From IMG/VR virus record IMGVR_UViG_3300010970_000064: 37,380 nt of DNA. One strand, given 5' to 3'. Source of the stretch: a virus. The notes under the pieces were generated by a model that had not been told where the DNA came from, searched no databases, and was given only the letters and a program-made list of their open reading frames with translations. The position numbers and the translations under genes are program-made. The first letter of the stretch is position 1, and each line of letters starts with the position of its first letter. This document shows positions 16,065 to 24,493 of this stretch, one piece after another.

Positions 16065-17971
16065 ATTTCACATCCTCCAGCGGTACAGGACAGTGTCTGC
16101 ACACCTTCCACGTTATCGTCATACTCCTTGAAGTTCTCCCAATCCACTGACTCAGGTAAAAGCATCTTTAACTGATTGTAGGTCTCTTCTGTACATTCTT
16201 CGTACGGAGCCTGCTTGTAAGTTCCACCATCCATCGGTAGGAACGACACTCCAGTTACTTCATCAAAATGCTTGAACGTCCAAGCCCCTACATCCATCCA
16301 TTCGTTCTCCAATACTGAGATTGTCACAGAAGGTTTGTGTTCACAGTAATGACGTTGGAATATTAACCACAAGCGTAAGTGTTCAATTGCTGTTAAGTCT
16401 TCACGTAACAACGCACCATCAGCTACCTTCACAGGGAAGCTAAACACTGTAGTTGAATCAGGCTTCATAAAGCAAGGCTCTGCTACGAATCCAGCTTGTT
16501 TCATAAACTCTGTTAAAGGGTCTTTATTGTCAGCTCTAACACGACGGATATAATACTGGCTATGCTGAGGATGAATACCACTCGCAGTAGAACATAATTG
16601 CGATACAGTTCCTTCAGGCTTAATTGCGGTAACAGCAACACTTTGGTTAATACCAATAGCAGCAGCAAACTCAGCGTTAACAGCAACAGCAATATCACGT
16701 AATTTCTCCAATCGTGCAGGTAATTCAGCATCATCAGGATTGTTCAACAAAGTGTTGTCCAAGATGCCAGTCATTGACACTCCTAAGAGTGCTTCTTCTT
16801 CAGTATTCTTTTGCCAAATCTTACGCAAGTATGGAAAATCTGTGAGACTAGCTTGAAAGGTTCCAAGAATAGTAGCCAAACGAATTTTATTAGAAATGCT
16901 ATTGACATCATCAGTGCTGCGAATGATACAAGAAGAAAGGTTACAGAACTGATAAGGACGTAAGATAATTTCTGAGCATGGGTTGGTTCCAAAATCGTAC
17001 GAAGCATCACGTCTTCCATTCTTTGCAGCTTGTTTCTGACTCGCTTCTCTATTGAAGATACCACGCTCACCACTATGTGAATCATAAATAGAACTCCACT
17101 CTCTAATGAATTGACCGATACTAGGTGTTTCGGCATAGGTTGCTGAATTGTTTGCTAATGCACGTTGACCTTGATGCTCCCACCAGTTACCTGCTTTAGC
17201 GTGTGCCATCTTGTCGTCAGATAAGTCTGACAAGGAAATCATGGCTGACCGTCGGACTCCACCCACAACAACAACTTCCCCGATCTTGCAGAGAATATCA
17301 TGACACTCAAGGGAAGTGAGACGACGACCTGCTGCTCCTTTAAACTTGGCAACGCAAAACTTATAAAGTTCTTCCAAAGGTCCGGGTCCAGAAGCACGTC
17401 CTCCAAAGGTTTTAAGTCTAGCTCCTGCTGGTCGAACTCGTGATACGTCGAACTTTGGAATTTCCCCAGAGTATAGTAAAGCCAAGAGTTGTCGGAGTGA
17501 TTTAGCCCATCCTTCTTTAGAATCCGACACAACAATAGTAGTCTTACTATCAAACAACTGCTCCGGGACTTCAGGTAACTTCTTGACATATTGCTGCTCC
17601 ACAGAGAAACCGACACCAGTGCCACAGAGAAGGATATACATCGCTTCGTCAAAAGCTTTAGGGTCATCTATAGGTAAGTAAGAACAATTGAATGCAGCCA
17701 CGTTCTGACGCTCTAGCGCAGATCCTGCTGTCATTACTGCTCTCATGGAAGGTACTACATCTAAATGAGTTACTGCATCTTGTAATTCTTTACGTAATTC
17801 AGGTGTTAACTTGTAATTCTGTTTTGTCTCTAAATGCTTTTCCATAAAGTCAAAGTAACGAGTTACTGTCTCGCCCCAATGCTCTCTACGTCCTTTGTCG
17901 TCAAGATACCGACTGTAACGGCTCTTAGCGATGAATGTGTTGTACGGGGTCATTTGATACTTGTCTGTCAT
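16061..17971 (-). CDS. nrdJ: Ribonucleotide reductase, most likely class II (adenosylcobalamin-dependent, single chain)
   Basis: Active-site motif TNPCSEI and a C-terminal Cys pair (CTAGGCEI). The N-terminus, SRYSRYL...RREHWGETVTRY, is typical of RNRs. The genome has no small-subunit gene (class I) and no activase gene (class III). Confidence 0.75.
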   Translation of the reverse strand: MTDKYQMTPYNTFIAKSRYSRYLDDKGRREHWGETVTRYFDFMEKHLETKQNYKLTPELRKELQDAVTHLDVVPSMRAVMTAGSALERQNVAAFNCSYLPIDDPKAFDEAMYILLCGTGVGFSVEQQYVKKLPEVPEQLFDSKTTIVVSDSKEGWAKSLRQLLALLYSGEIPKFDVSRVRPAGARLKTFGGRASGPGPLEELYKFCVAKFKGAAGRRLTSLECHDILCKIGEVVVVGGVRRSAMISLSDLSDDKMAHAKAGNWWEHQGQRALANNSATYAETPSIGQFIREWSSIYDSHSGERGIFNREASQKQAAKNGRRDASYDFGTNPCSEIILRPYQFCNLSSCIIRSTDDVNSISNKIRLATILGTFQASLTDFPYLRKIWQKNTEEEALLGVSMTGILDNTLLNNPDDAELPARLEKLRDIAVAVNAEFAAAIGINQSVAVTAIKPEGTVSQLCSTASGIHPQHSQYYIRRVRADNKDPLTEFMKQAGFVAEPCFMKPDSTTVFSFPVKVADGALLREDLTAIEHLRLWLIFQRHYCEHKPSVTISVLENEWMDVGAWTFKHFDEVTGVSFLPMDGGTYKQAPYEECTEETYNQLKMLLPESVDWENFKEYDDNVEGVQTLSCTAGGCEI

Positions 17972-18141
17972 TATTCTTCTTCCCAGTCTACTTCGGTTAT
18001 AAGGTGTTCAAAATTCTCTTCGATTAAATCAGGAAAAGCCTTAACAAGGTCTTCTGAGCTTATATTTAATAGCTCCAGTAAGGACACTTCGTCAAGGCTT
18101 TTGAGACGCTCTCGAAGCTCTACTAGCGTCAGGGGAAACAT
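17971..18141 (-). CDS. Small acidic hypothetical protein (56 aa), not in the supplied ORF track
   Basis: TAATG overlap with the RNR start. Product: MFPLTLVELRERLKSLDEVSLLELLNISSEDLVKAFPDLIEENFEHLITEVDWEEE. Confidence 0.5.
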   Translation of the reverse strand: MFPLTLVELRERLKSLDEVSLLELLNISSEDLVKAFPDLIEENFEHLITEVDWEEE

Positions 18142-18495
18142 TTATTTCTTATCCTTCGTGTAATACTTCTCTTTTACTTCATCGTAATTTGCAATCAAGA
18201 AATCTATATAATGTTTGGCTTTGCGTAAGTCTTCAATGCCATTCTTATGTGGATACCTGAGTATATATTTTACCACATTTGCAGTCCACGGGTCAAGGTC
18301 CCAAGCAAGAAAAATATCCCAAGGCTGTAATGCACCTTTTTGGTAATGATCTCCACCGACTTGTGATGACTTTACGTGCTTTACTTCATCTTCAATAGGA
18401 TGAAACTTCTGTAACCCTTTGAAATACTCTTCCAAAGTAAAATCCTTAGATGAGTAGCCGTAAGGTGCTGGCATCGCTACTGGGTTATCATGCAT
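18142..18495 (-). CDS. DUF3310-domain protein
   Basis: GGDHYQKGALQPWDIFLAW...ANVVKYILRYPHKNGIEDLRKAKHYIDFLI matches the DUF3310 pattern (GG.HY ... KY..R...K....DL.KA..Y). Confidence 0.7.
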   Translation of the reverse strand: MHDNPVAMPAPYGYSSKDFTLEEYFKGLQKFHPIEDEVKHVKSSQVGGDHYQKGALQPWDIFLAWDLDPWTANVVKYILRYPHKNGIEDLRKAKHYIDFLIANYDEVKEKYYTKDKK

Positions 18496-19225
18496 AGTGT
18501 TTCACCTTTACCGGTTCTTTCTTTGTTTTTGCGCCTTGAGACCAACTTCCGCAATCTTTGCACTGGTATCGTTGATAGCTGCCAGTAATCGATATAGCAG
18601 TGCCACGCTTTTGTAATCGAGTCCCAGAACAGGTGGGACAAACAGTATTATCGGTATAAAGATTGTGATTAGGATGAGATTTAATCCATGGAAGAAGAGT
18701 GCTGTACAAAGACTCCAGCAAAACCACATCCTGAATATTATATGATTCCATACGACCCCAAGCATCTTTATCTCCGTTCATGCATTTAACCCAAAGATCA
18801 TGTCCTTCGTGAGCGTGTTTCTTTCCTAAACCGAGCCGTTGGGATACATAATCCAACTTATTAGAAGGAAATCTAAAGTTACTGCGAACCACACGAAGTA
18901 AGTCAATCTGTTTATAAGGCGATGGTGGATTGTAACGATGTAAGAGGAATTCCTTGTTAAGCGTAGGAATGTCAAACTTAGTACCGTTATAATGCACCAC
19001 AGCGTCAGCTTCGTCCAATAATACATGAATACCTTTCAACATTGCTTTAGGTTTAGATTGGTGTACAGAATCAAAATGAACTTCATCTTCACCAAGCCAC
19101 TTAGCTGCGTAGCAAAGGACATAAGAAGATTCCATTAACTGATTGATACTGACGTTTTGCTGCCACAGACCCCAGACGTGAGCTGTGTTAGGACTTGTCT
19201 CAATATCGAGCAATAGAATTTTCAT
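18488..19225 (-). CDS. DnaQ/RNase H-fold 3'-5' exonuclease with a C-terminal zinc ribbon
   Basis: Exo I motif LLDIETSPN and later acidic motifs (HYNGTKFDIP, YNIQDV). The C-terminus has CPTCSG...CKDCGS. Confidence 0.7.
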   Translation of the reverse strand: MKILLLDIETSPNTAHVWGLWQQNVSINQLMESSYVLCYAAKWLGEDEVHFDSVHQSKPKAMLKGIHVLLDEADAVVHYNGTKFDIPTLNKEFLLHRYNPPSPYKQIDLLRVVRSNFRFPSNKLDYVSQRLGLGKKHAHEGHDLWVKCMNGDKDAWGRMESYNIQDVVLLESLYSTLLPWIKSHPNHNLYTDNTVCPTCSGTRLQKRGTAISITGSYQRYQCKDCGSWSQGAKTKKEPVKVKHYA

Positions 19226-19533
19226 TCGTCATCGCCCCAATCGGTAGCTTCTTCGGCTTCTTCACGTTCTTGATCAAATCCTTTAGCTACAGAATAAGCA
19301 TCACGTGAAATACTACGTTCACCTGATTCGCTCCAACGATCAACAAAATTAAAATCATTGATAAAAGCTACTGATTCTTTTACATCGTAACCGTATACAG
19401 CGTTTACACTATTTAATAACTTCAATACTAAATCCTGCCATGTACCTGAGTCTTCTGTTACGAATACATTACTAAAGACATTATCCTGCTCTTCGATTGT
19501 AATCGTCACTTTACGTGGATATTCGATAGTCAT
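19222..19533 (-). CDS. Acidic hypothetical protein (103 aa)
   Basis: ATGA coupling at both ends. No family recognised. Confidence 0.5.
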   Translation of the reverse strand: MTIEYPRKVTITIEEQDNVFSNVFVTEDSGTWQDLVLKLLNSVNAVYGYDVKESVAFINDFNFVDRWSESGERSISRDAYSVAKGFDQEREEAEEATDWGDDE

Positions 19534-19916
19534 TTGTTACCTTTCACAAGTAGTAATACGTCAATTTGATGTTGTAAATCTTTAATCTTTTGAACCATAT
19601 CCAAGAAGTGTTCTGCATCTACTAGAGCCAGAGGCTTGCTTAGGTTCTGCTTCAAAATAACTAAAGGTTCAATCAGTCCGTGAGTCTTTGCTTGTTCATA
19701 GTCCTTGTACACTGCGATTGCTTTTCTGTTCTTGCATTCGATTGTGTAAGATACCAGTTCACGAGCTGCAGTTGACAGTTGCACATCTTCGCCGCCTGCA
19801 CCCATGCTTGTAGAACGCACATCATCAGTGGTTAGAGTAGGGAACCGTTGGAGTATCTGATCCCGACACCACTGTTGTAACTTTCTTCCTTTTGCTTTTG
19901 CGGACTGGGGCTTCAA
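19530..19916 (-). CDS. PD-(D/E)XK resolvase-like endonuclease (Holliday-junction resolvase type), apparent TTG start
   Basis: Basic N-terminus KAKGRKLQQW, then GEDV ... ECK (a D...ExK motif). The only start upstream of these motifs is TTG 19916, which lies inside the preceding ORF. Confidence 0.55.
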   Translation of the reverse strand: MKPQSAKAKGRKLQQWCRDQILQRFPTLTTDDVRSTSMGAGGEDVQLSTAARELVSYTIECKNRKAIAVYKDYEQAKTHGLIEPLVILKQNLSKPLALVDAEHFLDMVQKIKDLQHQIDVLLLVKGNK

Positions 19917-20163
19917 GTTTAATCTCTTTCTTTTTAGTAATCATCTTCTTCGGGATTGTGATACTGTTGTTACACATTCCTTCAGTGATCGTCCCTGCTA
20001 GTTCAATTTGTTCTTCATCTTCAAAGACAACAAACCCAACTGTTTTACACCTTAAATCTTCACGCTTTGCTTCATGCCACTCTCCCTGTGCTAGAGCATC
20101 AAGCCATTCTACTAAGACAAGCTTGGTGGTGTCCAGAGCTGATCGTGGCTTCTTTGGAGCCAT
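19825..20163 (-). CDS. Hypothetical protein (112 aa if started at ATG 20163)
   Basis: It fills the 195-nt gap between the FEN stop and the nuclease start. It overlaps FEN by 52 nt and the nuclease by 92 nt. The track start at 20250 lies deep inside FEN. Confidence 0.4.
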   Translation of the reverse strand: MAPKKPRSALDTTKLVLVEWLDALAQGEWHEAKREDLRCKTVGFVVFEDEEQIELAGTITEGMCNNSITIPKKMITKKKEIKLEAPVRKSKRKKVTTVVSGSDTPTVPYSNH

Positions 20164-20792
20164 AGTAGCTGCCCGTTCTCCAAGACTCGCTCCTCGTTTC
20201 CTTGGTAGGCTTCGAGGCAAGCAAGATACATTTCGTTTTCTGTTTTGCATTCTTTAAGAATCCTTTTTGCTTTGACGGGACCAATCCCTTTAAGACCAAT
20301 GATGTTGTCAATTCGATCTCCAGTAAGTATTTGTGTATAAAAGCTGAGTAAACCTTCAAACTCTGTTACGTGATACTTTTCCTTTTTGCGATAATTGTAA
20401 TGCCATCCCCGAAGTTGATTAAGGTCTTTATCAATATGTACCATAATCATTTCATCTTCCGGTATAGCATAACAGGCTATTGCAACTGCATCGTCTGCTT
20501 CTATTCCATTTGTCATCATAAAGCCGTACTTCACCTGGAGGTGTTCACGTAAGGCAGTGTAATGAGCAGGTTTAGGAGCTACACGAGTTCCTTTGTAAGG
20601 AGCAGTCTTAGCTAGATCGTTACGGAAGTTTCCTTTACCCGTAAGCCATCCAAAATAAGTATCTGCTCCTACATCAGAAAGAATCGTATCGACAGCTTCA
20701 TTCATCCTCCATTTAGCTAAAGGCTCTTCAATATCTTCACTAGAAAAGCCAATAGCGTACACGAGTGAGTCAGCGTCGATTAAAGCTCGCAT
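20112..20792 (-). CDS. 5'-3' exonuclease / flap endonuclease (PIN plus H3TH)
   Basis: LIDADSLVY at the N-terminus, an acidic cluster GIEADD, and the H3TH motif LTGDRIDNIIGLKGIGPVKAKRIL. Confidence 0.8.
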   Translation of the reverse strand: MRALIDADSLVYAIGFSSEDIEEPLAKWRMNEAVDTILSDVGADTYFGWLTGKGNFRNDLAKTAPYKGTRVAPKPAHYTALREHLQVKYGFMMTNGIEADDAVAIACYAIPEDEMIMVHIDKDLNQLRGWHYNYRKKEKYHVTEFEGLLSFYTQILTGDRIDNIIGLKGIGPVKAKRILKECKTENEMYLACLEAYQGNEERVLENGQLLWLQRSHDQLWTPPSLS

Positions 20793-21205
20793 TACAGAAC
20801 GTCGTCTAACTCAGCTTCTGCAGGTGCTGGAGTATACGTCACCAGGTCATCTACAGTAATCTTAGCAATCGATGGAGCCATGCCATGCTTAGGAGTCATG
20901 CGGTGTTCGTAAGACGATACGATAGCGGTAATCTTAGTGCCATTACCGATGCTATCAATACCAATTGCTTTACCAGCTTTATCGAATGGTGTGAAGACAT
21001 ACTGGCTCTTACCAACAATATAGTTATTCATCTCAGGTTTGTTCTTGATATGAATACCTAACGCAACTAGCTTTGCAGCATCGTCATCACTGATATTGCC
21101 AATAGTACATTCGTACTTGGTGTTTGTATCGTTAAATTTAGTGTTAAAAGTGTTCATCCACTTGCTCCAGAACAGTTCACCTTTAATTGTCACTTGCTTA
21201 GTCAT
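20792..21205 (-). CDS. Single-stranded DNA-binding protein, T7 gp2.5-like
   Basis: 137 aa from ATG 21205, with AAGGA 7 nt upstream. It shows a gp2.5/DUF2815-like pattern and an acidic C-terminal tail, AEAELDDVL. The track start at 21277 would cover the promoter. Confidence 0.6.
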   Translation of the reverse strand: MTKQVTIKGELFWSKWMNTFNTKFNDTNTKYECTIGNISDDDAAKLVALGIHIKNKPEMNNYIVGKSQYVFTPFDKAGKAIGIDSIGNGTKITAIVSSYEHRMTPKHGMAPSIAKITVDDLVTYTPAPAEAELDDVL

Positions 21206-21245
21206 AATATTATCCTTCATTAGGTTAGTTAAATACTGCTTTATC

Positions 21246-21254
21246 ATTATACCA
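21246..21254 (-). promoter_or_regulatory. Extended -10 promoter element TGGTATAAT upstream of the SSB gene
   Basis: The minus strand reads gtgTGgTATAATga, about 40 nt upstream of ATG 21205. No good -35 box is present. Confidence 0.45.
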
Positions 21255-21285
21255 CAATTGTGTAATATACTACACATTTTTACAT

Positions 21286-21459
21286 CTACTGCAACGTCAT
21301 TTCTTGGTCTTTGTCTCCTTCTTGCAACACTTCAAGAGTACGTTCAAGAATGTCTAATACGTCTTCGTGTGGTGCTGACGTATAAACCATTAAGTACCCT
21401 TCAATCTCACCGATAGTTACTAGTGGAATAAAGTTGTCTGGAATAGATTTCTCTTTCAT
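21286..21459 (-). CDS. Small hypothetical protein (57 aa), not in the supplied ORF track
   Basis: ATGA overlap with the upstream small ORF. Product: MKEKSIPDNFIPLVTIGEIEGYLMVYTSAPHEDVLDILERTLEVLQEGDKDQEMTLQ. Confidence 0.45.
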   Translation of the reverse strand: MKEKSIPDNFIPLVTIGEIEGYLMVYTSAPHEDVLDILERTLEVLQEGDKDQEMTLQ

Positions 21460-21605
21460 GGTGCTTTAAGTGCCTCTTCCATTGCCTTAGCATAATCTTT
21501 CATGGTTAAAAGCTCTGCTTCAAGCTTGTTAAGATTATTTATAATTTCTGATAGCGATACACCACAGCGTAGCTGCAGAAATACAATTTTCTTTAAATCT
21601 TCCAT
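21456..21605 (-). CDS. Small hypothetical protein (49 aa), not in the supplied ORF track
   Basis: TAATG overlap with the DNA polymerase stop. Product: MEDLKKIVFLQLRCGVSLSEIINNLNKLEAELLTMKDYAKAMEEALKAP. Confidence 0.45.
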   Translation of the reverse strand: MEDLKKIVFLQLRCGVSLSEIINNLNKLEAELLTMKDYAKAMEEALKAP

Positions 21606-23254
21606 TAGTGTGTTTCCTTCCAGTTATTACCTACTTTGTATTCACCAGTTAGAGGACATCTCATCTCTAACACTTTACCTGCTTCTTCAATGCTTTTTAC
21701 TCCTAACTGCCCTGCCTGCTCTGCATATTCAGCAGCCACTTCTATCTGCCACTCATCATGTACGTTAGCTACAAACTTATAAGGTATCTTAGCTATCTTT
21801 AATTTACGGTCTAAGATCACCAATGCTTGCTTCATGACAATCGCACCTGCACCCTGCAATAACGTGTTAACGGCTGAATGCTCCGACCTACAAAGTAACT
21901 GCCTTCCATCAAGACCCGGTAGTTTCCCATTCTTAGCGAAGAGCCTACCAATCTTTTGGCGCAGCTCTTGTAACTTCGGTGTGTTGCATAGAAAAGAATC
22001 AATGAGCCTTTGTCCTTCTTTCGCTGAACCACCAACAACTGACCCGATCTTGGCAGCTCCTGCGCCATAGAGAAAGGCATAAATAAACGTTTTAGCCTGA
22101 TTCCTCGTTTCAAGTCCAGCAGCTTTTTGGTTTGTGGTGTGGATGTCACCCGATACGACTTCATTTGTATACGCATTGTCATTCATATAGTGAGCCAACA
22201 TACGAAGTTCTAAACCTGAAGCATCGATACCGACTAACTTATTGCCTTTCTCAACAGTCCAAAGTTCTCTACACTCGTGTCCATAAGGACTACCACTGTT
22301 CGGTACTTGAGCCATATTGGGACTCATGTGCGTCATACGACCTGTGACAGCACCGTTGGTGATAACTCTACCGTGGACACGTCCATCGGATTTAAGATTG
22401 TCTAACCAGCTCTCAATCTGTCCAATCCGCTTTTGTAACATCATGTACTCAGCTAAGGTTTTGGCTTCCGGGTAGTCGAGCGTTTCGAGGACGGCTTCGT
22501 CGACGATGACGCTGCCTTTTTCGGTGCGCTTGGTTGGCTTCCATCCTTTTTCGATGAGACGCTCGGCAATTTGCTGGCGGCTCCCCGGGTTGAACGGAGT
22601 GATGATGTCTTTGAGTGGTTTACCGAGTTTGCTGATACGTCCTGATTCAACTTTGGCAGGAAATATCCTTTGCATTTCAGTTTGAATAGCGTCCAGCTTA
22701 GATTTAAGTTCAGCCAATAGCTGTAAAGCTTTAGGCTCATCGAGTCTGAAACCGTTTTCTTCTTGTTTTGTAATGATCGCTTGTACATTGTGTTCAAGTT
22801 CTATACTCCTTTGTGAAAACTTCTCTAGTTCTAAAGTAGCTACTAAACGATAAAACAACTTGCTAGTAACCAATGTGTCCTGGATGCAATAATCTTGCAT
22901 TTCAGATGTTGCGCCATCGTCCCAATCACTGAAGTCACCTTTAGGAAAACCTAAACGATCACCCCATGCTGCTAGACTATGTCCTCCGTCGAGACTTGGG
23001 TTCAGGAGACGGCTTGCGATCAGCGTATCGTACACTTGGCTCAACCTCATCGTGACGTTCCAGTTCTTCCGGAGTACTGGTGCATCGAAACTTATTCCGT
23101 TGTGCATGATAATCAAATCGCAACTTTCCAAATACTTTTGTAATCCATTTGCTGCTTTCCATACTAAAACCTCATCTGTTTCAATGTTACGAGTAACACA
23201 CATCCATATATTGTCGTGTGTACTATTTGTTTCAATGTCAAGAACGATTTTCAT
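21605..23254 (-). CDS. DNA polymerase, family A, with an N-terminal 3'-5' exonuclease domain
   Basis: Exo I VLDIETNS, motif A GIDASGLELRMLAH, motif B RNQAKTFIYAFLYGAG, motif C VANVHDEWQIE. The start at 23254 forms an ATGA overlap with the upstream gene, giving 549 aa. Confidence 0.9.
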   Translation of the reverse strand: MKIVLDIETNSTHDNIWMCVTRNIETDEVLVWKAANGLQKYLESCDLIIMHNGISFDAPVLRKNWNVTMRLSQVYDTLIASRLLNPSLDGGHSLAAWGDRLGFPKGDFSDWDDGATSEMQDYCIQDTLVTSKLFYRLVATLELEKFSQRSIELEHNVQAIITKQEENGFRLDEPKALQLLAELKSKLDAIQTEMQRIFPAKVESGRISKLGKPLKDIITPFNPGSRQQIAERLIEKGWKPTKRTEKGSVIVDEAVLETLDYPEAKTLAEYMMLQKRIGQIESWLDNLKSDGRVHGRVITNGAVTGRMTHMSPNMAQVPNSGSPYGHECRELWTVEKGNKLVGIDASGLELRMLAHYMNDNAYTNEVVSGDIHTTNQKAAGLETRNQAKTFIYAFLYGAGAAKIGSVVGGSAKEGQRLIDSFLCNTPKLQELRQKIGRLFAKNGKLPGLDGRQLLCRSEHSAVNTLLQGAGAIVMKQALVILDRKLKIAKIPYKFVANVHDEWQIEVAAEYAEQAGQLGVKSIEEAGKVLEMRCPLTGEYKVGNNWKETH

Positions 23255-23448
23255 AAAATCATTATACCATATAAGTACATCAAGACTGCTACAAATTCGA
23301 CAATAAACAAAGCATAGTCCTTCTGTCGTAATCCAGCAACGGACCACAACAAGCTACCTATAAACCCAAAAAAGATGTTCATAGGATAGATGTTTAAACT
23401 GGTTAAACCAATACCAATTAAACAAAGGACTGTGCCTGTCCACTTCAT
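23251..23448 (-). CDS. Small polytopic membrane protein (65 aa, 2-3 TM)
   Basis: Product: MKWTGTVLCLIGIGLTSLNIYPMNIFFGFIGSLLWSVAGLRQKDYALFIVEFVAVLMYLYGIMIL. The start is TAATG-coupled. It loosely resembles one PnuC-type repeat unit. Confidence 0.5.
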   Translation of the reverse strand: MKWTGTVLCLIGIGLTSLNIYPMNIFFGFIGSLLWSVAGLRQKDYALFIVEFVAVLMYLYGIMIL

Positions 23449-23615
23449 TACTGCTTTTCTTCCATCAGCATTGCTGCCAGCTTTAATGCACGTTGCGTTG
23501 CAGCAAAGTCCCATTGGTCCGATTGTGACTCAGCAAGTTCTGCATCAAAGGCAAAGCTCCAGTCCTTCTCAATCATTAATTTAAAAATATCTGCTGCTAA
23601 TTCAGTCTTGTTCAT
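23448..23615 (-). CDS. Small acidic hypothetical protein (55 aa from ATG 23615)
   Basis: The internal start MNKTELAAD overlaps the upstream gene by 14 nt. The track start at 23651 would overlap it by 50 nt. Confidence 0.45.
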   Translation of the reverse strand: MNKTELAADIFKLMIEKDWSFAFDAELAESQSDQWDFAATQRALKLAAMLMEEKQ

Positions 23616-23907
23616 CTGCGCTATATCCTTTTCTTCTTCCCTGGTTGTCAAAATAGTTTGTTACACCTTGCTCAGTACGGGTCCTATATCCAATACGATT
23701 ACCATTAGTGTCATAAATACCATTAGGACTGTTGTAGTTATTTGGTGAGTTCTTATAATTGTTCGGACTATTCTCATAATTATTTGGCGAGTTAGCGTAG
23801 TTATAAGGACTATTTTTGTAGTTATAAATACTATCGTTATAATTTGTCTGAGCATGAGCCGTGCCAATTAACAGCATGATCGTGCTACTTACCAGTACAG
23901 TTTTCAT
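23602..23907 (-). CDS. Secreted repeat protein with NSPNNY heptad-like repeats
   Basis: Signal peptide MKTVLVSSTIMLLIGTAHA|QT, then YNYKNSPYNYANSPNNYENSPNNYKNSPNNYNSPNG. Confidence 0.65.
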   Translation of the reverse strand: MKTVLVSSTIMLLIGTAHAQTNYNDSIYNYKNSPYNYANSPNNYENSPNNYKNSPNNYNSPNGIYDTNGNRIGYRTRTEQGVTNYFDNQGRRKGYSADEQD

Positions 23908-24043
23908 TTTGTTCTTTCTGTTTAAGTGAGTTACGATACTTCTTCAGTTCTTCTACTGCTTGCTGGATAGACTTGTAATGCTTAGGTGCATACTCGTTAC
24001 CGAAGCGTTGGTCTAATTCTTCAATCAATTCATCTAAGTTCAT
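23885..24043 (-). CDS. Small hypothetical protein (52 aa), not in the supplied ORF track
   Basis: GGAGGA lies 4 nt upstream of ATG 24043. Product: MNLDELIEELDQRFGNEYAPKHYKSIQQAVEELKKYRNSLKQKEQNENCTGK. Confidence 0.5.
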   Translation of the reverse strand: MNLDELIEELDQRFGNEYAPKHYKSIQQAVEELKKYRNSLKQKEQNENCTGK

Positions 24044-24262
24044 TTATTCCTCCATTAGTCTTTCAAGTACTGCTAGTTTCTCATCATCAGTCATAACGTA
24101 CCATGTACTGATTTCTTCTTTAGTTCTACGACAATCGTTACATTTCTCTAGGGAGCTATCATAATTACACTTCCCTATGCATGGCGACTTTACCATATCT
24201 GTTTTCCATTTCCATAAGTTATTCCAATTAGGTAGATGTAGTGGTGGACATTTCCAAGCCAT
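24044..24262 (-). CDS. DUF1289-like Cys-rich (putative Fe-S or metal-binding) protein
   Basis: SPCIGKCNYDSSLEKCNDCRRTKEEISTWYVMTDDEK fits the DUF1289 pattern SPC..C....C..C.RT..EI..W. The start at 24262 is TAATG-coupled. Confidence 0.6.
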   Translation of the reverse strand: MAWKCPPLHLPNWNNLWKWKTDMVKSPCIGKCNYDSSLEKCNDCRRTKEEISTWYVMTDDEKLAVLERLMEE

Positions 24263-24492
24263 TACATCACCGGCACACCTTGCCTGATCCGATTCGGATA
24301 AGCCTGCTCTAACCAAAAACATCTTACATCGCCGCTATTGTCACGAGCAAGAAAACCTTTCCAGTAAGTATGCTTTGTGGTGAAGTCGTGACAGTCTAAG
24401 AATTGAATGTCATAGTAGGTCTTCATGCCATAAGCACCGATTCCCAAAGCAAGACAAAACATACACACGATACACACGATTTTATAGTTCAT
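24262..24492 (-). CDS. Small membrane-anchored protein (76 aa)
   Basis: N-terminal hydrophobic segment IVCIVCMFCLALGIGAYG followed by a soluble Cys-containing domain. Confidence 0.5.
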   Translation of the reverse strand: MNYKIVCIVCMFCLALGIGAYGMKTYYDIQFLDCHDFTTKHTYWKGFLARDNSGDVRCFWLEQAYPNRIRQGVPVM

Positions 24493-24493
24493 C

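Noticed and set aside
19925-19945. Possible -1 programmed frameshift at ACT AAA AAG in the ORF upstream of the resolvase-like gene.
   Set aside because: The heptamer is T AAA AAG, not a canonical X XXY YYZ. The nuclease frame is +1, not -1, relative to the upstream ORF, and I saw no downstream stimulatory structure.
21096-21416. The plus-strand 106-aa ORF, and similar antisense ORFs at 17834-18163, 19892-20257, 21502-21768, 23052-23306, 27643-27864 and 29896-30090.
   Set aside because: All are antisense to well-supported minus-strand genes, lack SD sequences, and have Leu/Ser/Cys-rich, junk-like composition.
23255-23347. The N-terminal extension of the DNA polymerase ORF (track start 23347).
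   Set aside because: The extension overlaps the upstream membrane-protein gene. The conserved Exo I motif begins right after Met at 23254, which is ATGA-coupled to the upstream stop.
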